Assembly: GCA_905233835.1 (NCBI GenBank)
Contig: CAJOGB010000001.1
Location: forward strand, 1-48,240
Reading direction: 5' to 3'
Source of the DNA: an uncultured Lachnospiraceae bacterium
GTDB lineage: Bacteria; Bacillota; Clostridia; Lachnospirales; Lachnospiraceae
DNA length: 48,240 bases
In this document: positions 10,637-19,750 of the stretch, one piece after another
Layout: every line of letters begins with the position of its first letter
Position numbering within the stretch: the stretch's first letter is position 1
The notes under the pieces: generated by a model
What the model was told of the DNA's origin: nothing
The model's input: the letters and a program-made list of their open reading frames with translations, nothing else
The model's database searches: none
Position numbers and translations under genes: made by a program

Positions 10637-11392
10637 TTATGCATCTTTTTTGGAAAACAAAGAGAACCTGGATTTGTCCTTTTTCTCGGGAGCATCCCCT
10701 TCTTCTCCTTCTTTCCACTGGAAATACTCCGCATCCAAATCCGCGGACATATCTGTAGCCGCATCCTCTGCCGGCTTATCCGCACCCGGAACTTCCAGTC
10801 CCGCTTTTTCGAAGTACTCGGTGTTAATCTTTATCTCCGGTGCCGCCTGGGCATAGGTAGAAGTCTGCGGTGGGAGTTCGGAATTTTCATCCTTCTCCTT
10901 CGCACGACGATTGTTTTCATCTTCAATAAGTTTTAAGTATTTCTGGGTATCAATGAAATCCTGAAGCTGAGACTTTAACTCATACTGATTGGTCTTTACC
11001 TGCTGCCGCTGTTCCTTCATGGCCTCCATCATCTCCTGATGTAAAGAGTCCACTTTCTCCTCGGCAACCTTCATAATCTCCTGGATCTGCGAAAGGGCCT
11101 GATCGGAATACAATACGGAAGCCGCATAAATATCCTCCGCCTGCTTTCTGGCCTCAAAAGAGAGTTCATCCAACTCCTTCTGTTGCTGACGCTGAGCCTT
11201 CTCGCGACTTTGCATGGTGAGTTCATGTTCGTCCATCATATCGTACATGCACTCATTTAATTCCTTCAGCAAATTCATCATGTCCGCTTTTTCGACGATG
11301 ACTCTTCGCTTACTTCCGTTATATGGTTCTGCTTTTGAAAATAAAACGTGAATCCGTTTAAGAACATCCTCGGTACGTTCTGCCGCTCCCAT
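10637..11392 (-). CDS. Hypothetical coiled-coil protein with acidic C-terminus
   Basis: 251-aa ORF rich in E/K/Q heptad-like sequence. No enzymatic motif recognised. It is co-directional with its neighbours. Confidence 0.5.
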   Translation of the reverse strand: MGAAERTEDVLKRIHVLFSKAEPYNGSKRRVIVEKADMMNLLKELNECMYDMMDEHELTMQSREKAQRQQQKELDELSFEARKQAEDIYAASVLYSDQALSQIQEIMKVAEEKVDSLHQEMMEAMKEQRQQVKTNQYELKSQLQDFIDTQKYLKLIEDENNRRAKEKDENSELPPQTSTYAQAAPEIKINTEYFEKAGLEVPGADKPAEDAATDMSADLDAEYFQWKEGEEGDAPEKKDKSRFSLFSKKDA

Positions 11393-11467
11393 GCCTAAAA
11401 AATCTCCTAATAGTTATAATAATCCCATTGTTTAAAGAGTACCATATTCTCAAACCCGTGACAACAA

Positions 11468-12440
11468 CTACATTTCAGGTTTTAAGGCACGATTCATCAG
11501 TTCAAAAACCGCTTCTTTGGGATCTTTTTTCTCAAACAAAACTTCGTTTACACCACGGATGATGGGAAGATCCACATGATACTTTTCACCAAGTCCTAAG
11601 GCCGCCTTTGCGGAATAGGCGCCTTCCACCACCATCTGCACCTTTTTATAAGCTTCTTCGGGAGCAAAGCCCTGTCCGATATAATAGCCCGCCTTTCGGT
11701 TTCTGGAATGCTGTGACTGGCAGGTTACGATTAAATCGCCGACCCCGGTCAGACCTCCTAAGGTTTCCGGTTTTCCTCCCATGGCAAGAGCCAGTTTTTC
11801 CATCTCGCGAATGCCTCGGGTAATAAGTGCCGCCTTTGCGTTATCTCCGTATCCCAGTCCGTCGGACATGCCGGCAGCCAAAGCCATTACGTTTTTTAAA
11901 GAGGCACCGATTTCAATTCCAAGTACGTCATCACTGGTATACACACGGAAGTTTTCATTGGAAAAAATCTGTTGTGCTTCCACCGCAAAAGCTTCATCCT
12001 TTGCTCCAACCACTATGAGTGTTGGAAGTCCGATGACCACTTCCTCCGCATGGGACGGTCCGCGCATCAGGAAGTTCTTCTTCCACGATTTTTGTTTGGG
12101 TGAGATAAGATTCATCCTCGATTCCCTTGGAGACGGTAATGATTTTTTGTCCCGCCGGGATAAAGGGTTTTAACTTTTGGGCCGTTTCCCGTTCCGCCAC
12201 GGAAGGAACCGCCAAAACCAGCAAATCCTTTCCCTCGGCGGTTTCCTTTAAATCGGTACTAAACTTTAAGTCCTCCGGAAGTTTTGCGTTTGGAAGCTTA
12301 TCGTTTACCCCCGTTTTTTTCATCTCTTCCACTTGAGACGCACGGTGAGACCAAAGGGTTACATCATGTCCGTTTTTGCAAAGCAAGGAAGCTAGGGCAC
12401 TGCCCCAACTTCCCGCTCCGATCACTCCGATTTTTTTCAT
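11468..12440 (-). pseudogene. gpsA: NAD(P)H-dependent glycerol-3-phosphate dehydrogenase, reading frame broken at about 12059-12071
   Basis: The N-terminal ORF (11994..12440) reads MKKIGVIGAGSWGSALA...IVEEELPDA. The C-terminal ORF (11468..12115), in another frame, reads ...RGPSHAEEV...GDLIVTC...VVEGAY. Only 7 nt separate the EELP codons from the GPSHAEEV codons. Confidence 0.8.
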
Positions 12441-12451
12441 GTTATCCTCTC

Positions 12452-13564
12452 CTAAAAAAGTTCACTTGCCCGATCTAAAATGCCGTGAAGATAGGCGATA
12501 AATACGCCGTAGTTTGTAATGGGTACACCGCTTTTTTTTGCCGTTTCAATGCGATATGCCATCTCTCTGGCAGGAAGCATGCAGCCTCCGCAGTGAATGA
12601 TTAGTTTGTATTTTGATAAGTCCTCCGGAAACTCTCCTCCTGAAGTAAATTCGTAGACAAATTCTTTTCCGGTATGAGCTTTGATCCATCCCGGAATTTT
12701 CACCGCACCGATGTCCTTGCACTGACGCTTATGGGTGCAGCCTTCGGATATTAAAATCACATCTTTATCCTTTAAATCTTTAATGGCTTTAGCACCATCA
12801 ATCTGGGTTCTTAAATCCCCCTTGTATCTGGCCATTAAAATCGAAAAAGAAGTAAGGGGAATTTCCTTCGGAACGGTTTTATTCACCGCTTCAAAAACCT
12901 GAGAATCGCAAATCACCATCTTCGGTGAAATTTCCATGCTCTTTAAAGTCGCATCCAGTTCCGTTTCCCGACAAATCACGGGAACTCCGCCGGCGTCCAA
13001 AACATCACGGATTACCTGCTGCTGTGGGAGAATCAAACGTCCTTTTGGGGCGGATTTATCGATGGGAATTACCAGTACCACCCGATCGTTTACAGAGATG
13101 AAATCCCGAACCAAAGGTCGTTTTTCAGGAAGTTCATAGGCATTTATTATTTCATTTAAAACATCTTCCCGCACCCAATTTTCCCGCGCCGTTACGGTAA
13201 CAAAAGGCAGATGACGTTTTTTTATTTCTTCCAAAAAATCTTCTTCAAAATCATCCGGGGTTTCAGCGCTTTGTACCAAAACCGCCATGTCGATTTTTCG
13301 AAGAATTTGTTTTGCTTTTGTGATTCGTTTTTCCCCAAGTTCGCCTTCATCGTCAAGGCCCGGTGTATCGATAAAAAGTACCGGTCCTAAAGGCAGTACT
13401 TCCATGGCTTTTTTCACAGGATCCGTGGTGGTTCCCAAGGTGTCGGAAACCACGGCCAAATCCTCTCCGATTAATAGATTAAACAGAGTGGATTTTCCCG
13501 CATTTCTGCGACCGAAGATTCCGATTTGAATTCTCTCAGATGAAGGTGTTTCGTTTAACCCCAT
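12452..13564 (-). CDS. hydF: [FeFe]-hydrogenase H-cluster maturation GTPase HydF
   Basis: 370 aa. N-terminal GTPase motifs are GRRNAGKST and DTPG. The C-terminal cluster-binding motif is EGCTHKRQC ... IHCGGC (CxH...HCxxC). Confidence 0.85.
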   Translation of the reverse strand: MGLNETPSSERIQIGIFGRRNAGKSTLFNLLIGEDLAVVSDTLGTTTDPVKKAMEVLPLGPVLFIDTPGLDDEGELGEKRITKAKQILRKIDMAVLVQSAETPDDFEEDFLEEIKKRHLPFVTVTARENWVREDVLNEIINAYELPEKRPLVRDFISVNDRVVLVIPIDKSAPKGRLILPQQQVIRDVLDAGGVPVICRETELDATLKSMEISPKMVICDSQVFEAVNKTVPKEIPLTSFSILMARYKGDLRTQIDGAKAIKDLKDKDVILISEGCTHKRQCKDIGAVKIPGWIKAHTGKEFVYEFTSGGEFPEDLSKYKLIIHCGGCMLPAREMAYRIETAKKSGVPITNYGVFIAYLHGILDRASELF

Positions 13565-13573
13565 AGTTTCCTC

Positions 13574-14995
13574 CTAGAAACGGAAGTCTCTTTTTCCGTT
13601 TTCGATCTCACCCAAATACTTTGCACACTGTTCTTTTACATTTGGATTTGTAATGACATTTAACTCTTTTTGAATCAATGCTTCTCCGATTTTTTTCGTA
13701 TCCTCGGAAGCATAATCCATCAAGTATTCCTTTAAGGTCATAAGCGCATTTGGATGACAGCAGTTTACAATCTGCTTACTCTTTAAAAGTTCCATAAAGC
13801 GATCGCCGGTTCGTCCCGCGCGATAGCAAGCGGTACAGAAAGAAGGAACGTAATCTAATTCCATAAGCCAGCGCACCACTTCATCTAAGGTACGGTTATC
13901 GATGACATCAAACTGTGCGGAGTTTTCTTCCTCCGGTTCCGGCTCTGCGTATCCGCCCACAGAAGTTTTGCTTCCTCCGGAAATCTGGGAAATACCAAGT
14001 TCCAACACACGCTTTCTGGAAGCCACGCTTTCTCTGGTGGAAACAATCATGCCGGTATAAGGCACTGCGATTCGAATACAAGCGACGATCTTTGCGAACA
14101 AATCATCGGAAAGTCCGTTATCAAATACATCCGGGTCGATATCGTCCGCCGGACGTACACGAGGTACGGAAATGGTATGAGGACCCACGCCGGTGTATGC
14201 TTCCAAATGCTCGGCATGCATGATGATTCCCGTAAAGTCATAGCGATAATTGTTTAATCCAAATAAAACTCCAAGTCCCACGTCGTCGATGCCGCCGCCT
14301 AACATGGCGCGATCCATAGCCTGTGTATGCCATGCGTAATCATGCTTCGGTCCGGTTGGATGGAGCTTTTCATACTGCACCTTATCGTAGGTTTCCTGGA
14401 ATAAAATGTAGGTACCGATGCCTGCATCTTTTAACATGCGATACTCTTCTTCCGTGGTAGCCGCGATGTTTACGTTTACACGACGGATGTCTCCGTTTTT
14501 ATGATGAATGCCGTAAATGGTATGGATACTCTCAAGCACATACTCGATTGGATTGTGTACCGGATCTTCTCCGCACTCCAACGCCAAGCGTTTATGTCCC
14601 ATATCCTGTAAAGCGATGACTTCTTTTTTAATGTCTTCCTGGGAAAGTTTCACACGACGGATGTGTTTGTTCTTCGCATGGTAAGGACAATACTCGCATC
14701 CGTTGATACAATAATTGGATAAATAAAGAGGCGCAAACATAACGATTCTGTTTCCGTAGAATTCGTTTTTAATGTCTCGCGCCAACTGATAAATCTCTTC
14801 ATTTTTTTCCGGAATGTCGCAGTCCAACAAAACAAGAGCCTCTCTGTGAGACACTCCCTTCATTTTGCGGGCCTTGTTTAAGATTTCATCAATCAGGGCC
14901 GCATTGGACTTATTCTTTTCCGCAAACTCTAAGGATTCTTTGATCTCCTCATCGCTTATAAATTCTTCTGCTCTCGGTGATTTTACGTTATACAT
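13574..14995 (-). CDS. hydG: [FeFe]-hydrogenase maturase HydG (radical SAM tyrosine lyase)
   Basis: Radical SAM motif CINGCEYCPY, ThiH-like body and a C-terminal CTACYRAGRTG cluster motif. I place the start at the ATG at 14995 (MYNVKSP...), which has AAAGGAAAG upstream and lies 5 nt after the HD-gene stop. The ORF track extends it to 15049. Confidence 0.85.
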   Translation of the reverse strand: MYNVKSPRAEEFISDEEIKESLEFAEKNKSNAALIDEILNKARKMKGVSHREALVLLDCDIPEKNEEIYQLARDIKNEFYGNRIVMFAPLYLSNYCINGCEYCPYHAKNKHIRRVKLSQEDIKKEVIALQDMGHKRLALECGEDPVHNPIEYVLESIHTIYGIHHKNGDIRRVNVNIAATTEEEYRMLKDAGIGTYILFQETYDKVQYEKLHPTGPKHDYAWHTQAMDRAMLGGGIDDVGLGVLFGLNNYRYDFTGIIMHAEHLEAYTGVGPHTISVPRVRPADDIDPDVFDNGLSDDLFAKIVACIRIAVPYTGMIVSTRESVASRKRVLELGISQISGGSKTSVGGYAEPEPEEENSAQFDVIDNRTLDEVVRWLMELDYVPSFCTACYRAGRTGDRFMELLKSKQIVNCCHPNALMTLKEYLMDYASEDTKKIGEALIQKELNVITNPNVKEQCAKYLGEIENGKRDFRF

Positions 14996-15000
14996 CTTTG

Positions 15001-15459
15001 CTAGCTTTCCTTTCTGTATTTTTTTAATGTTTCCTTTGCGGAAACCCATTTATCCACAATGCAAACCACCAAGGCTTCCTTTGTCCCCGGAACACGGGTT
15101 AAATTCAGGGGCCACATGTGGCTTCTTATAATACTTTGCTCTGTCTCTCCGATTTTAAAATCTCGAAGCGCATTTCTAAGGGCCCGATCCGCATGATGAT
15201 ATCCATGAAGTTTATCTCCGTAATCATGCCAGTCATACAAGTAATAATCATGCAAAAAAGCACCAACTACCAGCGCTTTTTCATCTACCTTTAAATGCAT
15301 TTTTCGGGCAAAGTAAAAACTTTTTTTTGCAACATCCAAACAATGGTCAAATGTGGTTACGTCACTATGCTGCACATATTCTTTCATCTCTTGACAGCGG
15401 GGATCCTCCGCCAATTCGCGGATTAAATCTTCGAATTCCCCATTACCCAACATGGTCAT
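15001..15459 (-). CDS. HD-domain phosphohydrolase-like protein
   Basis: 152 aa with H...HD...H/D spacing ([26 protein letters not shown]). Confidence 0.7.
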   Translation of the reverse strand: MTMLGNGEFEDLIRELAEDPRCQEMKEYVQHSDVTTFDHCLDVAKKSFYFARKMHLKVDEKALVVGAFLHDYYLYDWHDYGDKLHGYHHADRALRNALRDFKIGETEQSIIRSHMWPLNLTRVPGTKEALVVCIVDKWVSAKETLKKYRKES

Positions 15460-16288
15460 CTTTTATCTCTTTTCTCAAACGTTCAAACCATTTTGACTTT
15501 CCGTTTACCTTGAAAGTCTTAATACTGCGCAAGTGATAGCGCTGGCGGTAGGACAAACCTGCAGCCTTTTCTTTGAAATATGCCGGAACTTCTCCCATCT
15601 TCTCTTTTAAAGCAGCGGGTACTTCTGATACCTTCTCTTTCAATGCAGTTGGCATTTCGGATACTTTTTCTTTTAGCATACTTGGCGTAGCTGCCACCGC
15701 TTCCACGGATGCTTCCATCTTCTCGTCGAACTTCTCCTGGACATCATCAAGGTAAGAAAGAAGCTGTGTAATGGCTGCGATGGAAAGAGCCAAGTCCATA
15801 CCAAGCAAAAAAGAAAAGGCCATACCGGTTAGCTCCGTAATATAAGGATGGGTTTCTACGACTGAAAACTTTCCCAAAAACCAAGGAAAGAAAAACTTTA
15901 CGATCACCACTCCGGCCACTCCGAATCCCGTGGTGGCGGGAACGCAAATTCGACCGTTAATATTTAAGGGCATGTCGGAATAATCCCACCACATGGCATG
16001 GAACACTTTTTCCAAAATTAGTGAGATGCTGTATTCCAAAATCGCACTACCCAATGCGCAAACCAAAAAGATTTTCCAAATGGGGGTATCCGCTCCGGTA
16101 AAGATGGGAAGCTCGTTAAATACCAGCATGGCTCCCGTTGCACCGAATCCGTAAATGGGGCAAATGGGTCCGATCAAAAACCCACGGTTATCCCAGTGTC
16201 CGGATTTTACCGCGCAGTAAAAACACTCATATACCCAGCCCATAAAGCTGAAAATCATAAATTTGATAAAAAGGTTTGCTACTAACAT
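15443..16288 (-). CDS. Polytopic membrane protein (PF06541 / 'putative ABC-transporter type IV'-like) with a C-terminal 4 x 11-aa repeat tail
   Basis: [36 protein letters not shown] matches that family from memory. I place the start at the ATG at 16288, with GGAG 7 nt upstream. The longer ORF call to 16384 runs through the SRP RNA and its terminator. Confidence 0.6.
   Translation of the reverse strand: MLVANLFIKFMIFSFMGWVYECFYCAVKSGHWDNRGFLIGPICPIYGFGATGAMLVFNELPIFTGADTPIWKIFLVCALGSAILEYSISLILEKVFHAMWWDYSDMPLNINGRICVPATTGFGVAGVVIVKFFFPWFLGKFSVVETHPYITELTGMAFSFLLGMDLALSIAAITQLLSYLDDVQEKFDEKMEASVEAVAATPSMLKEKVSEMPTALKEKVSEVPAALKEKMGEVPAYFKEKAAGLSYRQRYHLRSIKTFKVNGKSKWFERLRKEIKDDHVG
15554..15685 (-). 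repeat. Four imperfect tandem 33-bp coding repeats (11-aa units P-x-x-L-KEK-VSE-x)
   Basis: The protein reads [11 protein letters not shown] / [11 protein letters not shown] / [11 protein letters not shown] / [11 protein letters not shown]. The units were mapped codon by codon onto 15554-15685. Confidence 0.85.
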
Positions 16289-16303
16289 CGTTTTCTCCAT
16301 AAA

Positions 16304-16520
16304 AAAACCAAGCACCCCACCGGGGATCGACAGGCCGGCCGTAACCGAAACAGTTAACTCGGTCCAGGCACCCTCACGGCACATGAGAGGTCCTGCTTAG
16401 TGCTGCTTCATTCCTGACCTGACACGGTTCGCAAGTTCCCATCGCGTAAGACCCGGACTTCAACGCCACTTATCTCGGGCAGCACCGACCTCATTAAATC
16501 CCCGGCAGAAATGCTCGGTC
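16304..16520 (-). ncRNA. ffs: Signal recognition particle RNA, long (Bacillus/Clostridium-type) form
   Basis: The minus strand contains the helix-8 signature GUGUCAGGUCAGGAAUGAAGCAGCACUAAGC, with a GGAA tetraloop closed by UCA/UGA. The terminal helix is ACCGAGCA...UGCUUGGU, followed by a U-tract. tadA lies upstream, as in other Firmicutes. Ends are +/-15 nt. Confidence 0.85.
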
Positions 16521-16567
16521 TTCTCATTTTATAGTTTTGCCCGAGTTATGTCAATTTACAAAACACT

Positions 16568-18370
16568 CTATTTTGTATAGTTATAACCCTGTGCTTTATC
16601 AATGGAATTATACAGTTCCAAATAAGGATCTTCCATCATTCCAACAGACTCACCAAGCTCCAAAACCGCATCCGGTTTTTCAGAGTAAGTAGGCCACTTC
16701 GGAAGGCCCAAACCGTTTGGATTTCCTGTTTTTGCAAAGTTTGTAATATAAGAAACTATGGTATCGGATAACTCATAATCATTTTTCGTATAGTTCTGGG
16801 GCTCCGTAGCCAAACATCCGTAGAAGTAAGGAAGTTCTCCTGCATGGTTTGTGGAAAGTCCCTTGTTTTCTTTTGTAAAGCAGTACTCATATACCGGTTT
16901 ATTCTGAGCCGCCATATACCTGGACCACACATGGTGGCTGTAGGCAAACCAGGCTCCGGACATTACCGCATTGTAAGAAGTCTTTGCATCTTTTCCATTT
17001 ACAGGATAAAGCTCTGCAATGGCTTTTGCCTGATCACCAAAGGATCCGCGCAACACTTCTACATAGTTTTCCGGCGTCACCTTGGTTCCAAGGATCGTAA
17101 AGACATCCGCTTCGTGAGCATTAAATCCGTTAAGCAACGCCTCTTCGTTATTCTCCCCTTTTTCATAGGTAAGATAAGGCTGCTCGGTAATCACATATCC
17201 GTCCACCGTCATGGAATTGTAGGCGCCTGCTGCCTTTGCCAATTCTTTCGCATCCAGTTTGCGCATCTCCGTGGCGGAAGAAACATTTAAAGTCTTCCAC
17301 GCATCTTCTTTCATGGCAAGCGCGTCTTTGTAATCCCGGAAGGTATGATATGGTGTACGTGCCACGATGCCACTTGACTCCGCAACCACACGTTTAAATA
17401 ATCCCTTTGCCAAAGGTGAAACACAAAGCGCATTTACGGAAGACGCTCCCGCGCTTTCACCCGCCAAGGTAATATTTGATGCATCTCCTCCGAAGGAAGC
17501 GATGTTTTTATTTACCCACTTTAAGGCTTCCAACTGATCTAGGGTTCCGTAATTTCCGGTGGTATGATTTGGAGACTCCTTTGCAAGTTCCTCGTCCGCA
17601 TAGTATCCGAAAATATTTAAGCGATACCCCATGGATACAAACACGATTCCCCGCTTTGCATATTCCTCACCGCGGTACTGATTGTAAGAAGGCTGTCCCG
17701 TCTGCAAAGAACCGCCGTGGATATACACAATAACCGGACAGTTTGAAACATCTCCCACCGGCTTCCATACATTTAAGTAAAGGGAATCCTCACTCATGGC
17801 TTCCCTGTAGTTATCGTTTACGTCAAAGAAATGCCAACTGTTATAAAAAATGCCGTTGACCAAACTGTTCCAAATGGGATGGTTTTCCGGCTGCATGGAC
17901 ATGGGAGCAAAATGATCGCACACCAATGTGCCTTCCCAAGCGTCCGCAGGCTGCGGCTCTTTAAAACGAAGGTCTCCTACCGGCGGAGCAGCATAGGGAA
18001 TACCGGTGTAGACTTCCACGGTTTTATCTTCATTGTAAACACCGGTCAAATCTCCCTGCTCGATATGAAGTACATCGGTGGCTTCCGGATTTTTAAAAGC
18101 CACCGCCGGCACCTGTTTGTAGGGCGGAAAACTTACCTTATAAATCAAAAAGCAGAGCACGAAAAATCCTGCCCAGCCCAAAAGTTTCATCCACCAAGTT
18201 TTATCTGCCAGCACGTTTTTGTGCAGCAAAAAATATCCCACAAACAGCGCGATGGCAAGCACCCAACCTGCCACCGTGTTTCGCGACAATTCCAAAACCG
18301 CCGCGAACAAAACGCCTATGATAATTAATCCAATTGTAAAACTCATATGTTTACATCCTTTATCTTTCAT
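16568..18370 (-). CDS. Type-B carboxylesterase/lipase family protein with an N-terminal multi-TM anchor
   Basis: 600 aa. The nucleophile elbow is GESAGASS and the oxyanion region is VYIHGGSLQTG. About 80 N-terminal residues form 2-3 hydrophobic helices. An alternative ATG lies at 18346. Confidence 0.8.
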   Translation of the reverse strand: MKDKGCKHMSFTIGLIIIGVLFAAVLELSRNTVAGWVLAIALFVGYFLLHKNVLADKTWWMKLLGWAGFFVLCFLIYKVSFPPYKQVPAVAFKNPEATDVLHIEQGDLTGVYNEDKTVEVYTGIPYAAPPVGDLRFKEPQPADAWEGTLVCDHFAPMSMQPENHPIWNSLVNGIFYNSWHFFDVNDNYREAMSEDSLYLNVWKPVGDVSNCPVIVYIHGGSLQTGQPSYNQYRGEEYAKRGIVFVSMGYRLNIFGYYADEELAKESPNHTTGNYGTLDQLEALKWVNKNIASFGGDASNITLAGESAGASSVNALCVSPLAKGLFKRVVAESSGIVARTPYHTFRDYKDALAMKEDAWKTLNVSSATEMRKLDAKELAKAAGAYNSMTVDGYVITEQPYLTYEKGENNEEALLNGFNAHEADVFTILGTKVTPENYVEVLRGSFGDQAKAIAELYPVNGKDAKTSYNAVMSGAWFAYSHHVWSRYMAAQNKPVYEYCFTKENKGLSTNHAGELPYFYGCLATEPQNYTKNDYELSDTIVSYITNFAKTGNPNGLGLPKWPTYSEKPDAVLELGESVGMMEDPYLELYNSIDKAQGYNYTK

Positions 18371-18390
18371 AGTACCCCTCCCCTACAGGG

Positions 18391-18942
18391 CTACTCCTCT
18401 TCAGGAAGTTTTACGCCGGCTTCCGCTTCTGCTTCAGCACGAAACTGTCTTTTCTCCTCGCGGAGATGTGAAAAGAAAGAAGAAAGCATCTCGGAGCACT
18501 CCTCTTCCAGCACACCGTTTGTAATCTCTACCTGATGATTAAACTCTGCCATCTGTAACAGGTTAATGACACTTCCGGCGCATCCTGCCTTCGGGTTCAT
18601 AGAACCGATAATAACGTGTGGGATACGTGCCTGAACAATGGCACCTGCACACATCTGGCAAGGCTCTAAGGTGATGTACATGGTACAATCTTCCAAACGC
18701 CAATCCTTTGTTTTTCTGCAGGCTTCTGCGATGCACAAAAGCTCGGCATGGGAAAGCACACACTTATCTTTATTTCTGCGGTTATGATCCTTTGCGATCA
18801 CTTTACCGTTTCGAACAATGACACATCCGATGGGTACTTCGTCTGCGGCCGCTGCCTTTTTGGCCTCGGCAAGCGCCATCTTCATGTACTTCTCGTTTGT
18901 CTTAATCTCTTTTCTCTCGGCCATGTTTTCCATAAAACCCAT
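18391..18942 (-). CDS. tadA: tRNA adenosine(34) deaminase
   Basis: CDA zinc motifs HAELLCI and PCQMCAGAI. There is a short acidic/Ala-Glu C-terminal tail. An internal start is possible (MENMAERK or MKMALAEA). Confidence 0.85.
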   Translation of the reverse strand: MGFMENMAERKEIKTNEKYMKMALAEAKKAAAADEVPIGCVIVRNGKVIAKDHNRRNKDKCVLSHAELLCIAEACRKTKDWRLEDCTMYITLEPCQMCAGAIVQARIPHVIIGSMNPKAGCAGSVINLLQMAEFNHQVEITNGVLEEECSEMLSSFFSHLREEKRQFRAEAEAEAGVKLPEEE

Positions 18943-18979
18943 ATCGAAAAATCCCCTTTCCGGTTTTTAAGAATGCTAT

Positions 18980-19008
18980 TCGACAATTTATTCTCGAAAG
19001 AATATAAT
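18980..19008 (+). promoter_or_regulatory. Candidate sigma-A promoter for the nrdG-like/GNAT pair
   Basis: TCGACA (18980-18985), a 17-nt spacer, then TATAAT (19003-19008). Confidence 0.45.
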
Positions 19009-19036
19009 CAGTTATGGGTATCTTACCATTTTTTCT

Positions 19037-19750
19037 TTGCGAAAGGAACAATTCAAGCAGATTTTTGGATTACAAAAAACCACCCTGTTGGATTATCCGG
19101 GAAAGCTTGCTTCTATCATCTTTACCGGCGGCTGCAACATGAACTGCCCCTTTTGCCATAACAGCGAACTGATTACCCTACCAAAGGAAGGAAGAATCTT
19201 TGAAGAAGAAGTGCTTTCCCACTTACAAAAACGACGTTCTACCTTAGAGGGACTGGTAATTACCGGAGGAGAATGCACCTTACAAAAGGACTTAAAGGAC
19301 TTTTGCAAAAAAGTAAAAGACCTAGGGTATTTAATAAAAATCGACACCAACGGCACAGCGCCTCAGATGATAAAAGACTTGGTGGCAGACGGACTCATTG
19401 ACTATGTGGCCATGGATATTAAAAACTCCAAGGAAAAGTATAAAGCCACCTGCGGGTTAGAAAAACTTGATTTAAATAAGATCCAAGAGACCATCGACTT
19501 TTTAATGGCTGAGAATGTGGACTATGAATTTCGCACCACAGTAATTCCTAAATTCCACAATAAAAAAGACATGGAAGAAATCGGCGTATGGCTCCGGGGC
19601 GCAAAGGCTTTGTATCTTCAGGCCTTTAAAACTTCCGATGCAGTGCGAGATAAAAGCCTTACGGAACCGAATAAAGAAGATCTGCTTTCTTATCAAAGCA
19701 TTTTATCAGAGTATTTAGATACCGTTTTAATCAGAGGAATGGATGTATGA
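19037..19750 (+). CDS. nrdG: Anaerobic ribonucleoside-triphosphate reductase activating protein-like radical SAM enzyme
   Basis: GLQKTTLLDYPGKLASIIFTGGCNMNCPFCHN is the signature N-terminus of the clostridial NrdG-like family. The called start is a TTG with no good RBS, so the true start is uncertain. Confidence 0.75.
   Translation: MRKEQFKQIFGLQKTTLLDYPGKLASIIFTGGCNMNCPFCHNSELITLPKEGRIFEEEVLSHLQKRRSTLEGLVITGGECTLQKDLKDFCKKVKDLGYLIKIDTNGTAPQMIKDLVADGLIDYVAMDIKNSKEKYKATCGLEKLDLNKIQETIDFLMAENVDYEFRTTVIPKFHNKKDMEEIGVWLRGAKALYLQAFKTSDAVRDKSLTEPNKEDLLSYQSILSEYLDTVLIRGMDV

Noticed and set aside
14996-15049. 18-codon N-terminal extension of hydG overlapping the HD-domain gene
   Set aside because: The internal ATG at 14995 gives the N-terminus MYNVKSP..., has an RBS and removes the 49-nt overlap.
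15554-15685. Possible CRISPR-like or other non-coding repeat array
   Set aside because: The 33-bp units are contiguous with no spacers, are in frame and encode an 11-aa protein repeat. No cas genes are present. No CRISPR array was seen anywhere in the window.
16289-16384. N-terminal 32 codons of the 313-aa ORF call
   Set aside because: This stretch overlaps the SRP RNA 3' half and its terminator. A properly spaced GGAG precedes the ATG at 16288.
16844-18328. 148-aa and 165-aa plus-strand ORFs
   Set aside because: They are antisense to the carboxylesterase gene, which has unmistakable catalytic motifs. They show no independent coding evidence.
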